Positions 1 to 14,289 of a stretch of DNA of 64,000 nt are shown piece after piece (position 1 is the first letter of the stretch; every line of letters starts with the position of its first letter). The stretch comes from Octopus vulgaris (taxonomy: Eukaryota): contig OX597825.1 in the NCBI GenBank assembly GCA_951406725.2, positions 12,400,001-12,464,000 of the forward strand, read 5' to 3'. Under the pieces are notes generated by a model. That model did no database searches. It worked only from the letters and a program-made list of their open reading frames with translations, and was not told where the DNA came from. The translations under genes and the position numbers were made by a program.

Positions 1-1779
1 GGCGTGGGAGACTATTTATCCAAAATACGATGAATACTATTTCCATCTTTGAACACGCAAATATATCAGCCTTGTTAAATAACTGGTTAATCTTCAGGTG
101 AATTAATTGAGGGAGTCTTTTATTCACGATCGTGGCGATTTTCGACTGAAACTTGAATTTAGCACGCAGAGAGTTACTACAAACAAAATGGCTGAACACA
201 ACACAATCGAGGAAGAAAGTGAAAACAACAGCTGAACAGGTAAACAAATTTTTTTCTAGCTCTATTTATTGAAGAAACCGTAAATACAAATCTCATTTCT
301 CTTGGAGTTATACATTTACATATATATGAGCATGTCTAGATATGCAACTATGAGCATGAGAATACATACATAAAACATACAAATCTGCACATACATACAT
401 ACATACATACATACATACATACATACATACATACCTACATATATACATACATACATACATACAGATATGCATACATACATGCATACTCTGTTGTTGTTGT
501 TGTTGAAATTCCAATTGGATGTAGGTTAGAAACCTGTTCTTTTTCTATTGGCAAGAAATCTTGAAATAAACTGAATAATGACATACAAATACTTACACAC
601 ACAATTGCACAAACATAATATCTGCTTCATTGTAAGCGTAAACATATTTTTCTAAGCTAAATGCAGAAAACAGAGTGTGAGTCTCCTGATGGACTGTATC
701 AATGTTTACTGACTGCTCCTGAGAAAAATCTTATCTGGCTTCTCCCCAATAGAAATATCATATAACAACTGCTTTTAAGTCAGGACAAATTAGCATAGAA
801 TCATGTTAATAGGGTAATGTGTATGGTTTTAATTTAACGTTTTGTCATGAATTAAGCGAGTCTGGGCCATTGCGCCTCCGCTAGCAGCCGTGGTCGCCAT
901 TTACTCGTCCCGATTTTCCTCAGCTTGTCTCTAAAGCAGAGTTGCAGTTTGGGATTTAGCATAGGCCGTTGTACGGCGCCTGGGATCTCGAGTATTGATG
1001 ATCACTCACAGCCCTTTGCTAACCAAGTATTTAATATATGGACAGCAGGAGCGACTGAGTATGAAATTTGACTTGAATGGGGACGTTATGGACCAAATAT
1101 TTGTGTTGTAAGAAAATTAGTTTACTGTTTCATGATTTGGGATTTCCACTACGTTTAAAAAGAAAGAAAAATTTTTATTAGCAAGAAGAAAAATATTTAT
1201 CGGATATAAGTGCAAAAATACTAATACTTTTTTTTGAATTACACATAACAACAATAATTTTTAATGTTTGTACATACATATGCATATAAATTGCAAATGG
1301 CAGAAATGATTATCATAAAAAATACAAAAAGTAGGAAAAAAATAATTGTCAGTTTCGTCAGCGCCACTGCTACTGCTACAGAGATTTAACAGATTACGAA
1401 TATAAAAAGATATTTCCGATGCTATTCGATTCAGTGAATCCATTATAATAGTCTTCATGTGTGAATTAATAATACACGAATAACATAGAAGGGAATTCTA
1501 AAACACAGCGACAGAAAGTAAAGCTGGGAATATTAATAAGTATCTGCTTCGTTGACTGAAGAATCATTGAAAGACTATTAAAAAATGGAATAATTATCAT
1601 TGCAGCCACTAAGTAGAGAGAATGGGAGGGAAATTGGTGTTAAATTATTGTCACACTTTTTGCTCTATTTATAGCCATACCATTATTTACGGTAGTGCAG
1701 TTTGTCCTAATTTTAAATAATTTTTTATTTGCAACGTTCATAAAAAATCTGATATATGAAAAAAAATTCTGGTTTCCAA

Positions 1780-2006
1780 GGCGGCGAGCTGGCAGAAACG
1801 TTAGCACGCCGGGAGAAACGCTTAGCCGTATTTTGTTTGCCGTTATGTTCTGAGTTCAAATTCCGCCGAGGTTCACTTTGCTTTGCATCCTTTCGGGGTC
1901 GATTAAATAAGTGCCATTTACGCACTGGGGCCATTGTTATTGACTTAATCCTATTGTCATGTTTGTCCCCTCTATGTTTAACCCCCTGTGGTCAATAAAG
2001 AAATAA
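1780..2006 (+). mobile_element. tRNA-derived SINE, family A (GGCGGCGAGCTGGCAGAA... head; central GTCGAC...CCTTTCATCCTTTCGGGGTCGATAAA...GTACCAG block resembling the MetaSINE domain)
   Basis: Pol III A/B-box-like head (GAGCTGGCAGAA..GTTAG / GAGTTCAAATTCC) and AATAAAGAAAT end; more than 15 related copies in the window. Confidence 0.85.
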
Positions 2007-2051
2007 ACATTCATAAAAAAGTGATTTCTGAAATAATATTCGTGTTCCCAT

Positions 2052-2595
2052 GGCGGCGAGCTGGGAGAAACGTTAGTACGCCGGGCAAAATGTTTAGGGG
2101 TATTTCGTCTGTCTTTACGTTCATGCGTTCAAATTCCGCCGAAGTCGACTTCCATTTTTAACCTTTCGGGTGAATGAAATAAATACCAGTTGATCACTAG
2201 AAAACCACCCCCTCCCCACCCACAAATTTAAGGCCGCGTATCTATAGCAGAAATTATTCTTCTCTACTCTAGCCACAAGGCCAGAAATTTTGGATCGAAC
2301 TAGTACGCCACTGGTACATAGTTTATCGACCCCGAAAGGATGAAAGTCGAATTTGACTTTCATCCTTTCGGGGTTGATAAACTATGTACCAGTGGCGTAC
2401 TAGTTCGACCCAAAATTTCGGGCCTTGTGCCTAGAGTAGAGAAGAATAATTTCTGTTACAGATACGCAGCCTTAAATTTGTGGGTGGGAAGGGGTGGTTT
2501 TCTAGTCATCAACTGTATTTATTTCATTCACCCGAAAGGTTAAAAATGGAAGTCGACTTCGGCGGAATTTGAACACAGAATACAGAGCCGGACGT
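2052..2595. repeat. Palindromic array of family-A SINE pieces (arms 2127-2351 and 2352-2574)
   Basis: Right half is the reverse complement of the left; ORFs 2121..2363(-) and 2340..2543(+) are near-identical. Confidence 0.92.
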
Positions 2596-2659
2596 GCAAA
2601 AGATCCTTCCAGCGCACCGATTTCATGTGTTTTTTTGTAAATAATAAAATTAATTGTTA

Positions 2660-3125
2660 CTACTTTAACCACAAGTTTTTCTATTCTGTGGGGAGGGGTT
2701 AGTTTATATCGTTGGCTACAGTAGCTGACAGGTATTTAAGTTTTATGAAACCCCGAAGGATGAAAGACAAGGTCGGGCTGGAACTCGGAACTGAGAAAGT
2801 CGGCACAACTACCGCAAGGCCCTTTTTCCGAAGCTCTACTAGGTCAATGATTTAGAGAACAAATGGACTCTAAACGTATCTTAACATGCACGCGCATAAT
2901 CGCTAGAACATTACAGATACTGGCTTCAAAATTTGGCACAGGGCCAGAAATGCTTAAGGGTGGAGTAAGTCGATTACATCAAACTCAGATTGCAACTTGT
3001 ACTTATTTTATCGACCCCGAAATAATGAAAGACAGTGTCGTACTTGAATACATACCAATAGGCTGACTAAATGCCGATCTGTATTTTGTCCCGTATGCCA
3101 ACGGCTCTCCCAGCTCGTTGCCTTA
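2660..3125 (-). mobile_element. Two degenerate family-A SINE copies
   Basis: ACCCCGAAGGATGAAAG..AAGGTCG at ~2750 and TATCGACCCCGAAATAATGAAAG at ~3010. Confidence 0.7.
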
Positions 3126-3162
3126 GAAATGTTACCCATAATTAAACTTGACGACCAAATAT

Positions 3163-3252
3163 ACTACTACTACTACTACTACTACTAAAGAAGATAATAG
3201 TGATGCTTACTACTACAACTAAAGAAGATAATAGTGATGATGATGATGGTGG

Positions 3253-3285
<33 letters not shown>

Positions 3286-3321
3286 CGACGACGACGATGA
3301 TGATGATGATGATGATGATGT

Positions 3322-3368
<47 letters not shown>

Positions 3369-3370
3369 TA
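3163..3370. repeat. (ACT)n and (GAT)n microsatellites
   Basis: Direct reading; explains the poly-Asp ORF 3200..3457. Confidence 0.95.
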
Positions 3371-4324
3371 AGAATAATTAAGTGTCGAGTATGTCGTTTA
3401 CTGACTGTTAAAATTTCTTTTTATAAAACGCCGAATTTCCTCTTCGGTAGATTGTGAATGTGATATTAATGACTTCTTGCATAGCGTTTGAAGGTTGCGT
3501 ACGGAAAGATGCCAGCGAAATTGAGATTGATTAGAAAACCATTATCCATAATAATTATTCAGCAATGTTGCCATGCGTTTACTGCAGGCAGAGCAGCGGA
3601 AGATGTGGTCGCCGGATCGTCATCATCCACATTCTATAGAATGTTTGTGATAGGTATAAGAATGGATATACCCGGGAGCAATACTGAGAAACATCGTCAG
3701 TAGTCTGAAAGTAAGGTTCTGGAAGAAATTCAAGCTCTTACCTGAAAATTTTCCAAACTAGCATCAACTGGTAGTTCAGAATATAATACACATATTTCTG
3801 TGTTGGAGCCTACGGGACCCCACATCTGTTAGAATAGGCTCTGGGGTACGGATCGCTCTGATAGTCATTCATTCAATGTCTTTTATTGTTTATATCAGCG
3901 GTTGTGACAGGTCGTTCTGATCTAGGTATTGAATGCGCCTCCAGTGAAAAGATTACTCCACTATTTTAATTGGACAGTGTAGTGTGTGTATATCCTTCTG
4001 AATGGATCTATGATTAAGGCAAGATGGACGACGTTAAAGAGTTTGTAAACAGACATTTTCCTCTCCGGTCAAGCGATCAACAACTTTCTCCAGTATAATC
4101 TGAAGATGAAGCTGTAGATAGAGTGTGTGGTGCTGATTTCTTGTAGATTTTAAGAGAAAGGGAAAAACAGCATTGATAATTGCATATCCATTTACCTCAC
4201 TCTTATTTTTGGACAGAAAATACTGGGATAAGGTACTGTCATTTAGAGTGTCAGGCTAAAGCAATTCACCAACGAGGACTACTTTCCCAATTTTTGGCAT
4301 CTATTTCAATCGTTATTACTGAAG

Positions 4325-4760
4325 GGCGGTGAGCTGGAAGAATCGTTAGCACGCCCGGCAAAAATCCTAGTGATATTTCCCCTGTCTTTACGATCTTAGT
4401 TCAAATTCCTTCGAGGTCGACTTAGCCTTTCATCCTTTCGAGGTCGATAAAATAATTACCAGTTGAGTACTGAAGTCGACATAATCGACCTATATGCTTC
4501 CCCAGAATTGATGGCCTTGAGTTAAAATTTTAAACCATTATTATGCTCCCTTCAAAATTTTAGGCACAAGACTAATAATTTCGGGGGAGATTTTAAAGTC
4601 AATTACATCTATTCCAGTGCTAAACTGGTGCTTATATCATTGATATCGAAAAGGATGAATTGTTGTGTCGACTTCGTCGGAATTTGAACTCACAACCTAA
4701 AGACAGACAAAATGTTGTTAAGCATTCTGCTTGGAGTACTAACGACTCTGCCAACTTTGG
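4325..4760. mobile_element. Tail-to-tail pair of family-A SINEs (+ 4325-4540, - 4550-4760)
   Basis: GGCGGTGAGCTGGAAGAATCGTTAGC head on +; GTCGACTTCGTCGGAATTTGAACTC on -. Confidence 0.75.
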
Positions 4761-5339
4761 TTCTATTTTAATATAATTTATTATCACTTGTGAAGGAGCA
4801 TGGCTCAGTTGTTAGAGCAATTATCGGCCGAGGTTGCTCATATATTTCTATATTAATATGTAGGCCCGAGCAAAGTTCGGCGGGGAACATTTAACCATAC
4901 ATGTATTATGTCTCTATGCGGGAAATACTTCCGAGGAAACCTGGCATCAGCCTCGTCGAAGGTATATATCAGTCAGAATCGATCCCGTAAAGCATCTAGT
5001 CTAACTTATAGTTTCGTTAAATTCACCGCCCTGATTGGCGACAATTGAAATAAAAATATTGAAACAGAAAGTTGACTTCGGCGAGATTTGAACTCAGAAT
5101 GCAGATAGTTAAAGCAAATACTGCGAGACATTCTATGACATTCTATCCAACTTTCAAAGGATTCTGCCACTTCGCTGCAGGGTTTCAAAGCAAGACTGCA
5201 TTACATAATGTTGTCTGTGTTATATAATCGTAGAAAGAAAGACGATAGGCGTAGATTTCGAGTGGCAGAGATCATTGTTTGGTCCCAACAGGACAAACAC
5301 GGGGTGAAGAATTGAGAGGGAACAACATAAATACGAAGA

Positions 5340-5518
5340 GTCATCAATCACCATCACCATCATTATAACAACCACCACCACCACCACCACCACCACCACC
5401 CACCACCACCACCCACCACGACGACCACCACCACCACCATAATCATCATCATCTTCGTCACCACCACCACCACCACCACCATAATCATCATCATACCATC
5501 ATCATCTTCATCATTATC

Positions 5519-5564
<46 letters not shown>

Positions 5565-6860
5565 GCATCATCACCACCACCAAAACTGCTACCACTACCA
5601 CCACCACTATCAACATCATCATAATCATCAAGATCATCATAATCATCATCATCATCATCTTCAATACCATCGCCATCATCATCATCATAAGCAGCAACAT
5701 AGCCACAACTACAGCCAGTACCACCGTCTTCCTCATGACACCACCAACCGATGGCCTGAACACAATTTAAATCACAAACGCTATAACAACAATCCATCAG
5801 TATTATTATTACCAAGAACAGCGATCTTCACCATCGCCGATAAACAACAAAGCAATCACAAGTCATTGACCATCAGCTAAACCATCAACTCTTTCTCCGC
5901 CACCCCCCAGGAACTTCATCACCACCACTAAAACTACCACCACCACCACCACCACCACTATCAACATCACCATAATCATCATCATCATCATCATCATCAT
6001 AGTCATTAACATCACCATGATCGCCACCATCACAACTACAACCAACACAAATGCCACCACCACCACCACCACCACAACCACCACCACCACCATCACAACT
6101 ACAACCAACACAAATGCCACCACCACCACCATCACAACTACAACCAACACAAATGCCACCACCACCACCACCATCACAACTACAACCAACACAAATGCCA
6201 CCACCATCACAACTACAACCAACACAAATGCCACCACCACCACCACCACCATCACAACTACAACCAACACAAATGCCACCACCACCACCACCACCATCAC
6301 AACTACAACCAACACAAATGCCACCACCATCACAACTACAACCAACACAAATGCCACTACCACCACCACCCTTATCATCATCTTCAATACCATCGCCATC
6401 ATCACCATCATAAGCAGCAACATCGCCACCACTGCAACCAGTACCACCGTCTTCATCATGACATCAGCATCGCCGATAAACAACAAAGCAATCACAAGTC
6501 ATTGACCATCAGCTAAACCAGCAACTCTTTCTCGGCCCCGCCACCCCCAGGAACTTCATCACCACCATTGCAAAACAACTCCACCACCACCCCCTCGACA
6601 GCATTACCAACACCAATATCAACACCACCATTGCATGCAATACTATCCAAGACCTCGACATCACCTCGACCATAATACCTCTTAAATCACAAAGAAGGCC
6701 ACCGCCGCCACCATCGTCATCGTCAAAGCTGCACCACCGCCAAAAACAAAGACCAGTTTCGCAAGCTCGGCAACATATACGATCACCACTACCACCACCA
6801 CTACCATCGAAAACAGAACCAATGACATTCGATCACCAACGCCAGCACCCTCTCGAACCT
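5340..6860. repeat. CCA/CAT-rich low-complexity block with a ~33-48 bp minisatellite (ACCATCACAACTACAACCAACACAAATGCC(ACC)n, about 8 units, 6025-6370) and an internal duplication (~5655-5930 vs ~6378-6567)
   Basis: Repeated units and duplicated segments read directly. Confidence 0.9.
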
Positions 6861-7189
6861 AGTCCCCATCAGAACCACGAAATCAATTTATATCGAATTA
6901 CAATGTAATTCATTGTTGTACTGAGAGATATGGCGGTTAACAGATCTAAATGGCCGAGGGTAGCAGAGAGCTACGTTTTTATTTTCATAGAGTTTCTGCC
7001 GAAGCAGCAAGCAAATGGTTTAAAGAAAATATATCGGAACACGTAATTGGATACGTTTTATCGATTTGTAAGTAAACTAGCAGAACAACAGTGAAAACGA
7101 TAACAAGCTTCGTTGATGAAATACATTTAGATTTTGAGGAAACCTTACTAGGGAGATATGATGAATATCTTGTTTGTGTACGTATATAA

Positions 7190-7820
<631 letters not shown>

Positions 7821-9028
7821 ATTTCATTGCACTGTTCCGTTCACAACGTCTGATTATTTTTGATGTGAAACTATGCAATGTAATTTAATGATAACATATT
7901 CCGCATTATGTTGTTTCCAGCATATCTCCTGATTTAGTCACACACACACACATACACACACACACACACATACATACATATTGAAGTTTTGGTATATATA
8001 TATGTTTAATTGTGCATGTGTGTGTGCATGTCTATATATATGGACAGGCAAATAGATGAATAGATAGATCGATAGATATATGTATATATAATATAAATAT
8101 ACATATACACACTTATATGATTTATAATATTCGATTGTGTAGTTAATCCTCTTTTCTTTGGCTCTCCTTTCATATAATTTTGAAAAATCCTCTTATCCTC
8201 TATCCCTTAACACGCCACATTCTCATGTTCTACTCACCCTTACACCCTTCTTACCATTTTCACCCCCTCTATGTATTGGTCTGTCTCTCCCTCTCTCTTC
8301 CTCCCTCTTTCCTCTGTCTCCTCTTTCCCCATAGATTATTGTTTCATGTTACGCGCCATTGAGCAAACTTCTTTCGAACACCGTAATTTTCTCAAGCGTT
8401 TTACATAGACCTCAACCTAACTCACTTAATTCTTTCCCTGATAGAACCCAACTCGTAGCCTTAATGTTTTCGACTTCTATTTTCATTGTTTATTTTTCGC
8501 AGTTTTATGCATACGTAATAAAGAAAGAAGGAAGGCAAGAGAACAAATCATTTGAAAATAAGATAAAATATTATATGTAAAATATAACGTAATTGTTATT
8601 ATAGTTTAGCTGATAGTTATCTGTGATCGACCAGTCACATCGCAAAATGCGTAGAAACTCTGGTTTTGTATAAAGCGGACTATATTGTCCAATGCTTATC
8701 TCCCTTTTGGAAGATATAAAATGTGAAACTAAGAAAGAATTCTCGACCTAAGCAAATCATGGAACATCTCTGCAGGTGATATCTATGTTTGTTGCCATGT
8801 GCGTGCGCAATTTGCCGTAGGAGTGTGCATTAATAAATTTGTGTATATTCGCGTTTGTCGTTGGTCGATAAAGGCATACGTTTTGAAGCCGAACTCACGT
8901 AAGCACATAGGCATACATACGTGGACACACGCAAAGTTATATGAGTTTGATATGAAAATATGCTCCATATACGATTGTGACACAAATGAAATTCCTACTT
9001 GTGTTTGAGATCAGATAATTCTGATTGA

Positions 9029-9417
9029 TGGATGGAAGCACTCCGTCACTTACGACGATGAGGGTTCCGGTTGATCCGAATCAACGGAACAGCCTGCTCG
9101 TGAAATTAACGTATAAGTGCCTGAGCACACCACAGACACATGTACCCTTAACGTAGTTCTCGGGGATATTCAGCGTGACACAGAGAGTGACAAGGCCGGC
9201 CCTTTGAAATACAGGTACAACAGAAACAGGAAGTAAGAGTGAGAGAAAGTTGTGGTGAAAGAGTACAGCAGGGATCACCACCATCCCCTGCCGGAACCTC
9301 GGGGAGCTTTTAGGTGTTTTCGCTCAATAAACACTCACAACGCCCGGTCTGGGAATCGAAACCGCGATCCTATGACCGCGAGTCCGCTGCCCTAACCACT
9401 GGGCCATTGGGCCTCCA
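9029..9417 (-). mobile_element. Full-length tRNA-derived SINE, family C (GGAGGC.CAATGGCCCAGTGGTTAGGGCAGCGGACTCGCGG head)
   Basis: A box TGGCCCAGTGG and B box GGTTTCGATTCCC on -; flanked by the direct repeat TTCTGATTGA (9019-9028 and 9419-9428), a target-site duplication. Confidence 0.9.
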
Positions 9418-9868
9418 GTTCTGATTGAATGCAACCTGTGAATAATGATGTTCAAACTGCGACCTTTCTGTCTGCCTCAATAACTTAAGTTACATTGCGT
9501 ACTTCGTAATATACGACTGCAGGGAAATATGGCTGCTTATAATTTTCTTTGCTAGGCACAAGGCCTGAAATTTTTGTGGAGGTGGGCCACTCGGTTAGAT
9601 CGACCCCAGTACGCAGCTGGTACTTAATTTATGGATCCTGCAAGGATGAAAGGCAAAGTTAACCTCGGCGAATGGCTGCTATTTCTTGCAGCAGGAGCGG
9701 TCTCTAAGATGTTTGTGCCTCACCCTCTGCCAGTATGTCATTGTGCAAAGCAACGTCCGTGGGACGTGTGCATTTCTGAATGTATGTCTCTCTCTCTCTC
9801 TCTCTCTCTGTGTCTCTGTCTATCTGTCTGTCTGTCTCTATCTGTCTATCTCTCTATCTATCTACCTA

Positions 9869-9919
<51 letters not shown>

Positions 9920-9920
<1 letters not shown>

Positions 9921-10225
9921 AAAGGAGTTAAACGCAGGTGTTATTCAAGTTCTCTCAATTCTGACACCTGTCTCGAAGATATCACCGGTATTATTCCAAA
10001 GGTATAATACCAGTGATATTACCAGGAAGTAAACGAATTTGAATAACACCTGCGTTTAACTTCTTTTATTTATTTATATATGTTATACAAAATATTTCAC
10101 GTAAAACCCAACGTTTCTACCTTTAAAAACAAGGAGTTACAACCTTTTTACTTGTGCGATTTTTGCTACGCTGGTAACTATTTATCTATTTGTCCGTGTT
10201 AATTGTTAACAAGGAGAAAATTCAC
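9920..10225 (+). mobile_element. Foldback insertion in a microsatellite tract (inverted arms 9920-9948 and 10039-10068, inner hairpin, 3' tail)
   Basis: AAAAGGAGTTAAACGCAGGTGTTATTCAA pairs with TTGAATAACACCTGCGTTTAACTTCTTTT. Confidence 0.7.
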
Positions 10226-10227
10226 AC

Positions 10228-10313
<86 letters not shown>

Positions 10314-10354
10314 ATATATATATATATATATAACACCGAGATCACCGTGACCGA

Positions 10355-10406
<52 letters not shown>

Positions 10407-10409
10407 CGA

Positions 10410-10592
10410 AAAGTATAATAGCCATCTCAATATGGCTAAACACAAAGGGTGGGTGTTACTGTAGCTTTTAGCCCCAGGAGCTAAAAGCTACAGTAACACC
10501 CACCCTTTGTAGTTATCAATATTGAGATGGCTATTATACTTTACATTGTCGAGCGGTTACTGTTTACATCTCGTTCAGAGATTTAATAATGC
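10410..10592 (+). mobile_element. Foldback insertion between (TA)n tracts (hairpin 10410-10542 with a 7-nt loop, then a ~50-bp tail)
   Basis: ACAAAGGGTGGGTGTTACTGTAGCTTTTAGC-cccagga-GCTAAAAGCTACAGTAACACCCACCCTTTGT plus outer arms. Confidence 0.8.
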
Positions 10593-13091
10593 TATATATA
10601 TATATATATACAATCACTCTTATACATATCTGCATACCAATATACACGTTCGTGTAAGTCTGTAGAGCGTAGTTAAATTGTTTGAATGTTTATGAGCTTG
10701 TATTTAATTCTCGGGTGTTTGGTGTAACACCACTAATCGCTTCATAACCCTTTAAATACATTCTATTGTGTTGCAAGCATTCTGATGGTGTTGCATTTTG
10801 TCATCTAGATAATTCATAACAAATCATTATAGCAGAAAATTGCGGTATGTAATCTTTTCATGTTTTAAGACATTCTCCCATCTCCAGGCTTGTATTCAGA
10901 TTTTTATTGGAGCGATTTCGCTGACAGAGATTTCTGGATTCAGTTCAAGAGATTACACCAGCCATCCTGCAAATATGTTATTGTTATTCCAGTGTGGGAG
11001 GACAATAGTTTCACTGCTTCGTAACTGATCTAATACAAGAGCTAAGAGCTAAGTTCCCAGCGAATCCGGTTGCCGATGGAATTTGGATTGCATTCTAGCT
11101 TCAATATATCCCTGCTAATACTTAGCGCCTGCCAATTGGTTTAAAGTGGAATTACTCTCAAACCGTATCTTTCACATTTTCCTATAAAGGTCTCACCATA
11201 TATTCCTGTAAGGAATAAGTTATGTGATTCCTATAAACGTTCATTGAAAGCCATAGCGTTAAGTTTCCTTTCAACATTTATATGGCTTTCAAAGGCATTC
11301 CTTTGTACTGAGGTGGAATGTAGCTGATAAGCCGAGCATATGGAGTATCAGTAGAACGTACAACACCTACACGATATCTGTTGCTTGCTCTTATTGTTGT
11401 TTAGAATAAAGTTTGCCATGAGTCAACAGAATTAAGATTAAATTCCACTGCTGACAATTGTTTCTTTGAGCTTTATTTTTTCATAGCCTGCTGTACTATC
11501 GTCTCCATTATTTATGGCTTACAGAAAGATCAAATTCTCATATTTTGAACGCAGGTTGGTCACAGGTGAACAGTTTATAAAATATTTTGTTACAGTTGAA
11601 AGGCATTGAAAAATTCCTAGATGAACATGATCAGAAAACATTTAAACGACTGTTTCTGTTGTACATACTTCAATATACTTTAAATGCCAGAAAGCAACAT
11701 TCATTTATATGCCTCGAATTTATTTACTCCTATCAAAAGCTTTTTAAAAAATTGTCGTCTGTATATGGACATGTTGAACGAACTACTGAAAAGATGAAAT
11801 TCTATGTGGAGTAATATGGAAATAGCTCTGAGAACACCTTCGTAATTTCATTGCTCCGTCAACTGATTGCATTTGTAATGTGACTCATTGTCACTTCCTT
11901 TACCAGAAAAGACAAGCTTATAGGGAAAAATAAGAGCATTAAAAATTTCATCAATGATAAATATTCTAATGTAGAATATTTCGTGAAGAAGTGAAGCTAT
12001 TGTTTTCGAATAATTCGTCGGTAGATATTTTTTATAGAAATGTTCTCAACCGGAGTGCAGCCGACATTTCTCGTAATTGAGATGCTTATATTTGCTCCAA
12101 ATAACTCTATTATGCTTATTGTTTTTATCTGAAATTAGAAATAATTTTTCATGTAATATCCTCTATAATATCATATATGGAAGATACTATATTTTGTATC
12201 AGCAGCGACATCATACCCCTTTGAAAGATCGTATGTTACATATTAGGGTAGCAACTGGATAAAATAAGTGATATATGGTTCGACTAGTATTTTCGGTCCT
12301 TATCCCATTTTGTCAACAGTCTCTGAAATTTTGATTCTAGAATCAGAATTTTCAGAATATCATATTTTGTAAGGGACATGAGGCTAAGAGAGGCTACACG
12401 TCTGTCAATATTTGAATCGACTACAATTCAATTTTGCAGAAAACATATGATAATCTTTACTTACTAAGTAAATTCTATTTCATCGTGGGTTTTGTTAAAT
12501 TTCACCAGATCAAAATTGATGGCGTCGCATGGAATATCATTGAGGTTTATGAGTTTCATGAGACATTTTTACTTCCAACTTTTCAAATGTCACTATTTTT
12601 TGTGCATTGACCCTAGAGACTCAGAAGTTATTCAAATTTATTCTAAGCCTCTTCATACGCATTTTCATCTGCAAAAATCTTTTCTATGTCTTTATTTCTC
12701 TGTAATTCCCACTTGATGTTAGAACCATTTGGTTTGTAACATCAATGGATCCAACTTCGTCTTATAATGATAGAAGTACTAGAAATATGAATGTGTTAAG
12801 GATTACTTCCATGTTTTGCAGGAAACCACGTCCCGTGTCGCTAGTGCCATTAAAAACTGATTTCGTATCTCTTGCCCAGGGTGTGACCACAATAATTTCA
12901 TAGAATACAGCAGCCATGGTTTCGAAACGTTTTACAGTTTTCCACTATGAAATATACACATTCAGTTAGACTAAATTCTTTATCAGCTGAAAACTTGAGC
13001 GCTTTCGAAGTATGGTATATATTTTCTATATATAACCTTAAATCGTCAAGAGATAAATTATGGATTGCATTAGCGATTCTCGCAACTTTAC

Positions 13092-13507
13092 ACTCTTTGC
13101 TCTTTTACTCTTTTACTTGTTTCAGTCATTTGACTGCGGCCATGCTGGAGCACCGCCTTTAATCGAGCAACTCGACCCCAGGACTTATTCTTTGTAAGCC
13201 CAGTACTTATTCTATCGGTCTCTTTTGCCGAACCGCTAAGTGACGGGGACGTAAACACACCAGCATCGGTTTTCAAGCAATGCTAGGGGGACAAACACAG
13301 ACACACAAACACACACACACATATATATAAATATACATATATACGACAGGCTTCTTTTCAGTTTCCGTCTACCAGATCCACTCACAAGACATTGGTCGCC
13401 CCGGGGCTATAGCAGAAGACACTTGCCCAAGATGCCACGCAGGGGGACTGAAACCGGAACCATGTGGTTGGTTAGCAAACTACTTACCACACAGCCACTC
13501 CTGCGCC
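13092..13507 (-). mobile_element. Full-length tRNA-derived SINE, family B (GCGCAGGAGTGGCTGTGTGGTAAG head, internal TA/TG microsatellite, GGTGCTCCAGCATGGCCGCAGTCAAATGACTGAAAC tail with GTAAAAGA repeats)
   Basis: A/B boxes, CORE-like TTGGGCAAGTGTCTT; near-identical copies at 41130 and 43301. Confidence 0.9.
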
Positions 13508-13922
13508 TATTGAACATTCGAACATGAACATTCGTAACAAATGACATTGAATTTACTATCAAATCGCACAGACAAGACAGAAAGAAGCACAGCCAGCCAG
13601 AATGACTTCATTGCGTATTTAAGTCGGATTTTTTAGAGTTCAATGTATGCTGTAGGTATGTTGCAGATGTTATTTTCGAATCATCACAACTGTATACGAA
13701 CAGATTTGTATTGTCTTGTAAATGTTATCTCATATTTCCATATCGTCTTCAGCGATATGGCAAATAACATTTATCACAAGATTTTGTTTTCGTTATTCTT
13801 ACACCCACGCTTCAACATTGTTATTCTGTTCAGACAAATTTCAAATAGCCTTCCTATGTACAGCTGGTTAGAAATTGTGTTTAAGCTGTATGTGTTATCT
13901 GTATCTATTTCTGGATCTCTCA

Positions 13923-13961
<39 letters not shown>

Positions 13962-14289
13962 TTGCTAGATGTGTCGAAACAACTGTCGTGATTAATAATA
14001 ATTTCTCGTATATTCCACCTTCTGTCTTCTATTTGCTGTATATATATATATAAAAACTATATTACTTGGTGTACATACTATAGATATAAGCTAGTAATAG
14101 TTTCGTACATTGGAGTTGTTTTCTAGGTTGGTTTTAGTAAATCGCCTAAAAAACATGTCAACTGTATCAAGCTATTATTTGGTGTACATAAAGCAATATC
14201 TATTTCGCACATGAAGTGCTTTTTTGTTGATCTTTCCTAAACAGAAAAATGATACATACATACACCCCCCACACACACATAGACACACA

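Noticed and set aside
1040-1112. Short AG...GTAAG-bounded segment as a micro-exon
   Set aside because: No polypyrimidine tract and no partner exons identified
2121-2543. Two near-identical divergent ORFs suggesting a gene pair
   Set aside because: By-product of the SINE palindrome
6025-6370. Repeat/spacer pattern resembling a CRISPR array
   Set aside because: The intervening sequences are only (ACC)n length variants; eukaryotic context and no cas genes
9340-9417. tRNA genes at SINE heads
   Set aside because: A/B boxes are present but there is no complete cloverleaf, and each continues into a SINE body
10620-12950. Repeat-poor 2.3 kb with faint RT-like words on the minus strand (KLDP, DAINFDLVK); also considered as a viral remnant
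   Set aside because: Stops in all frames and no convincing catalytic motifs; possibly a very old LINE, needs a profile-HMM search
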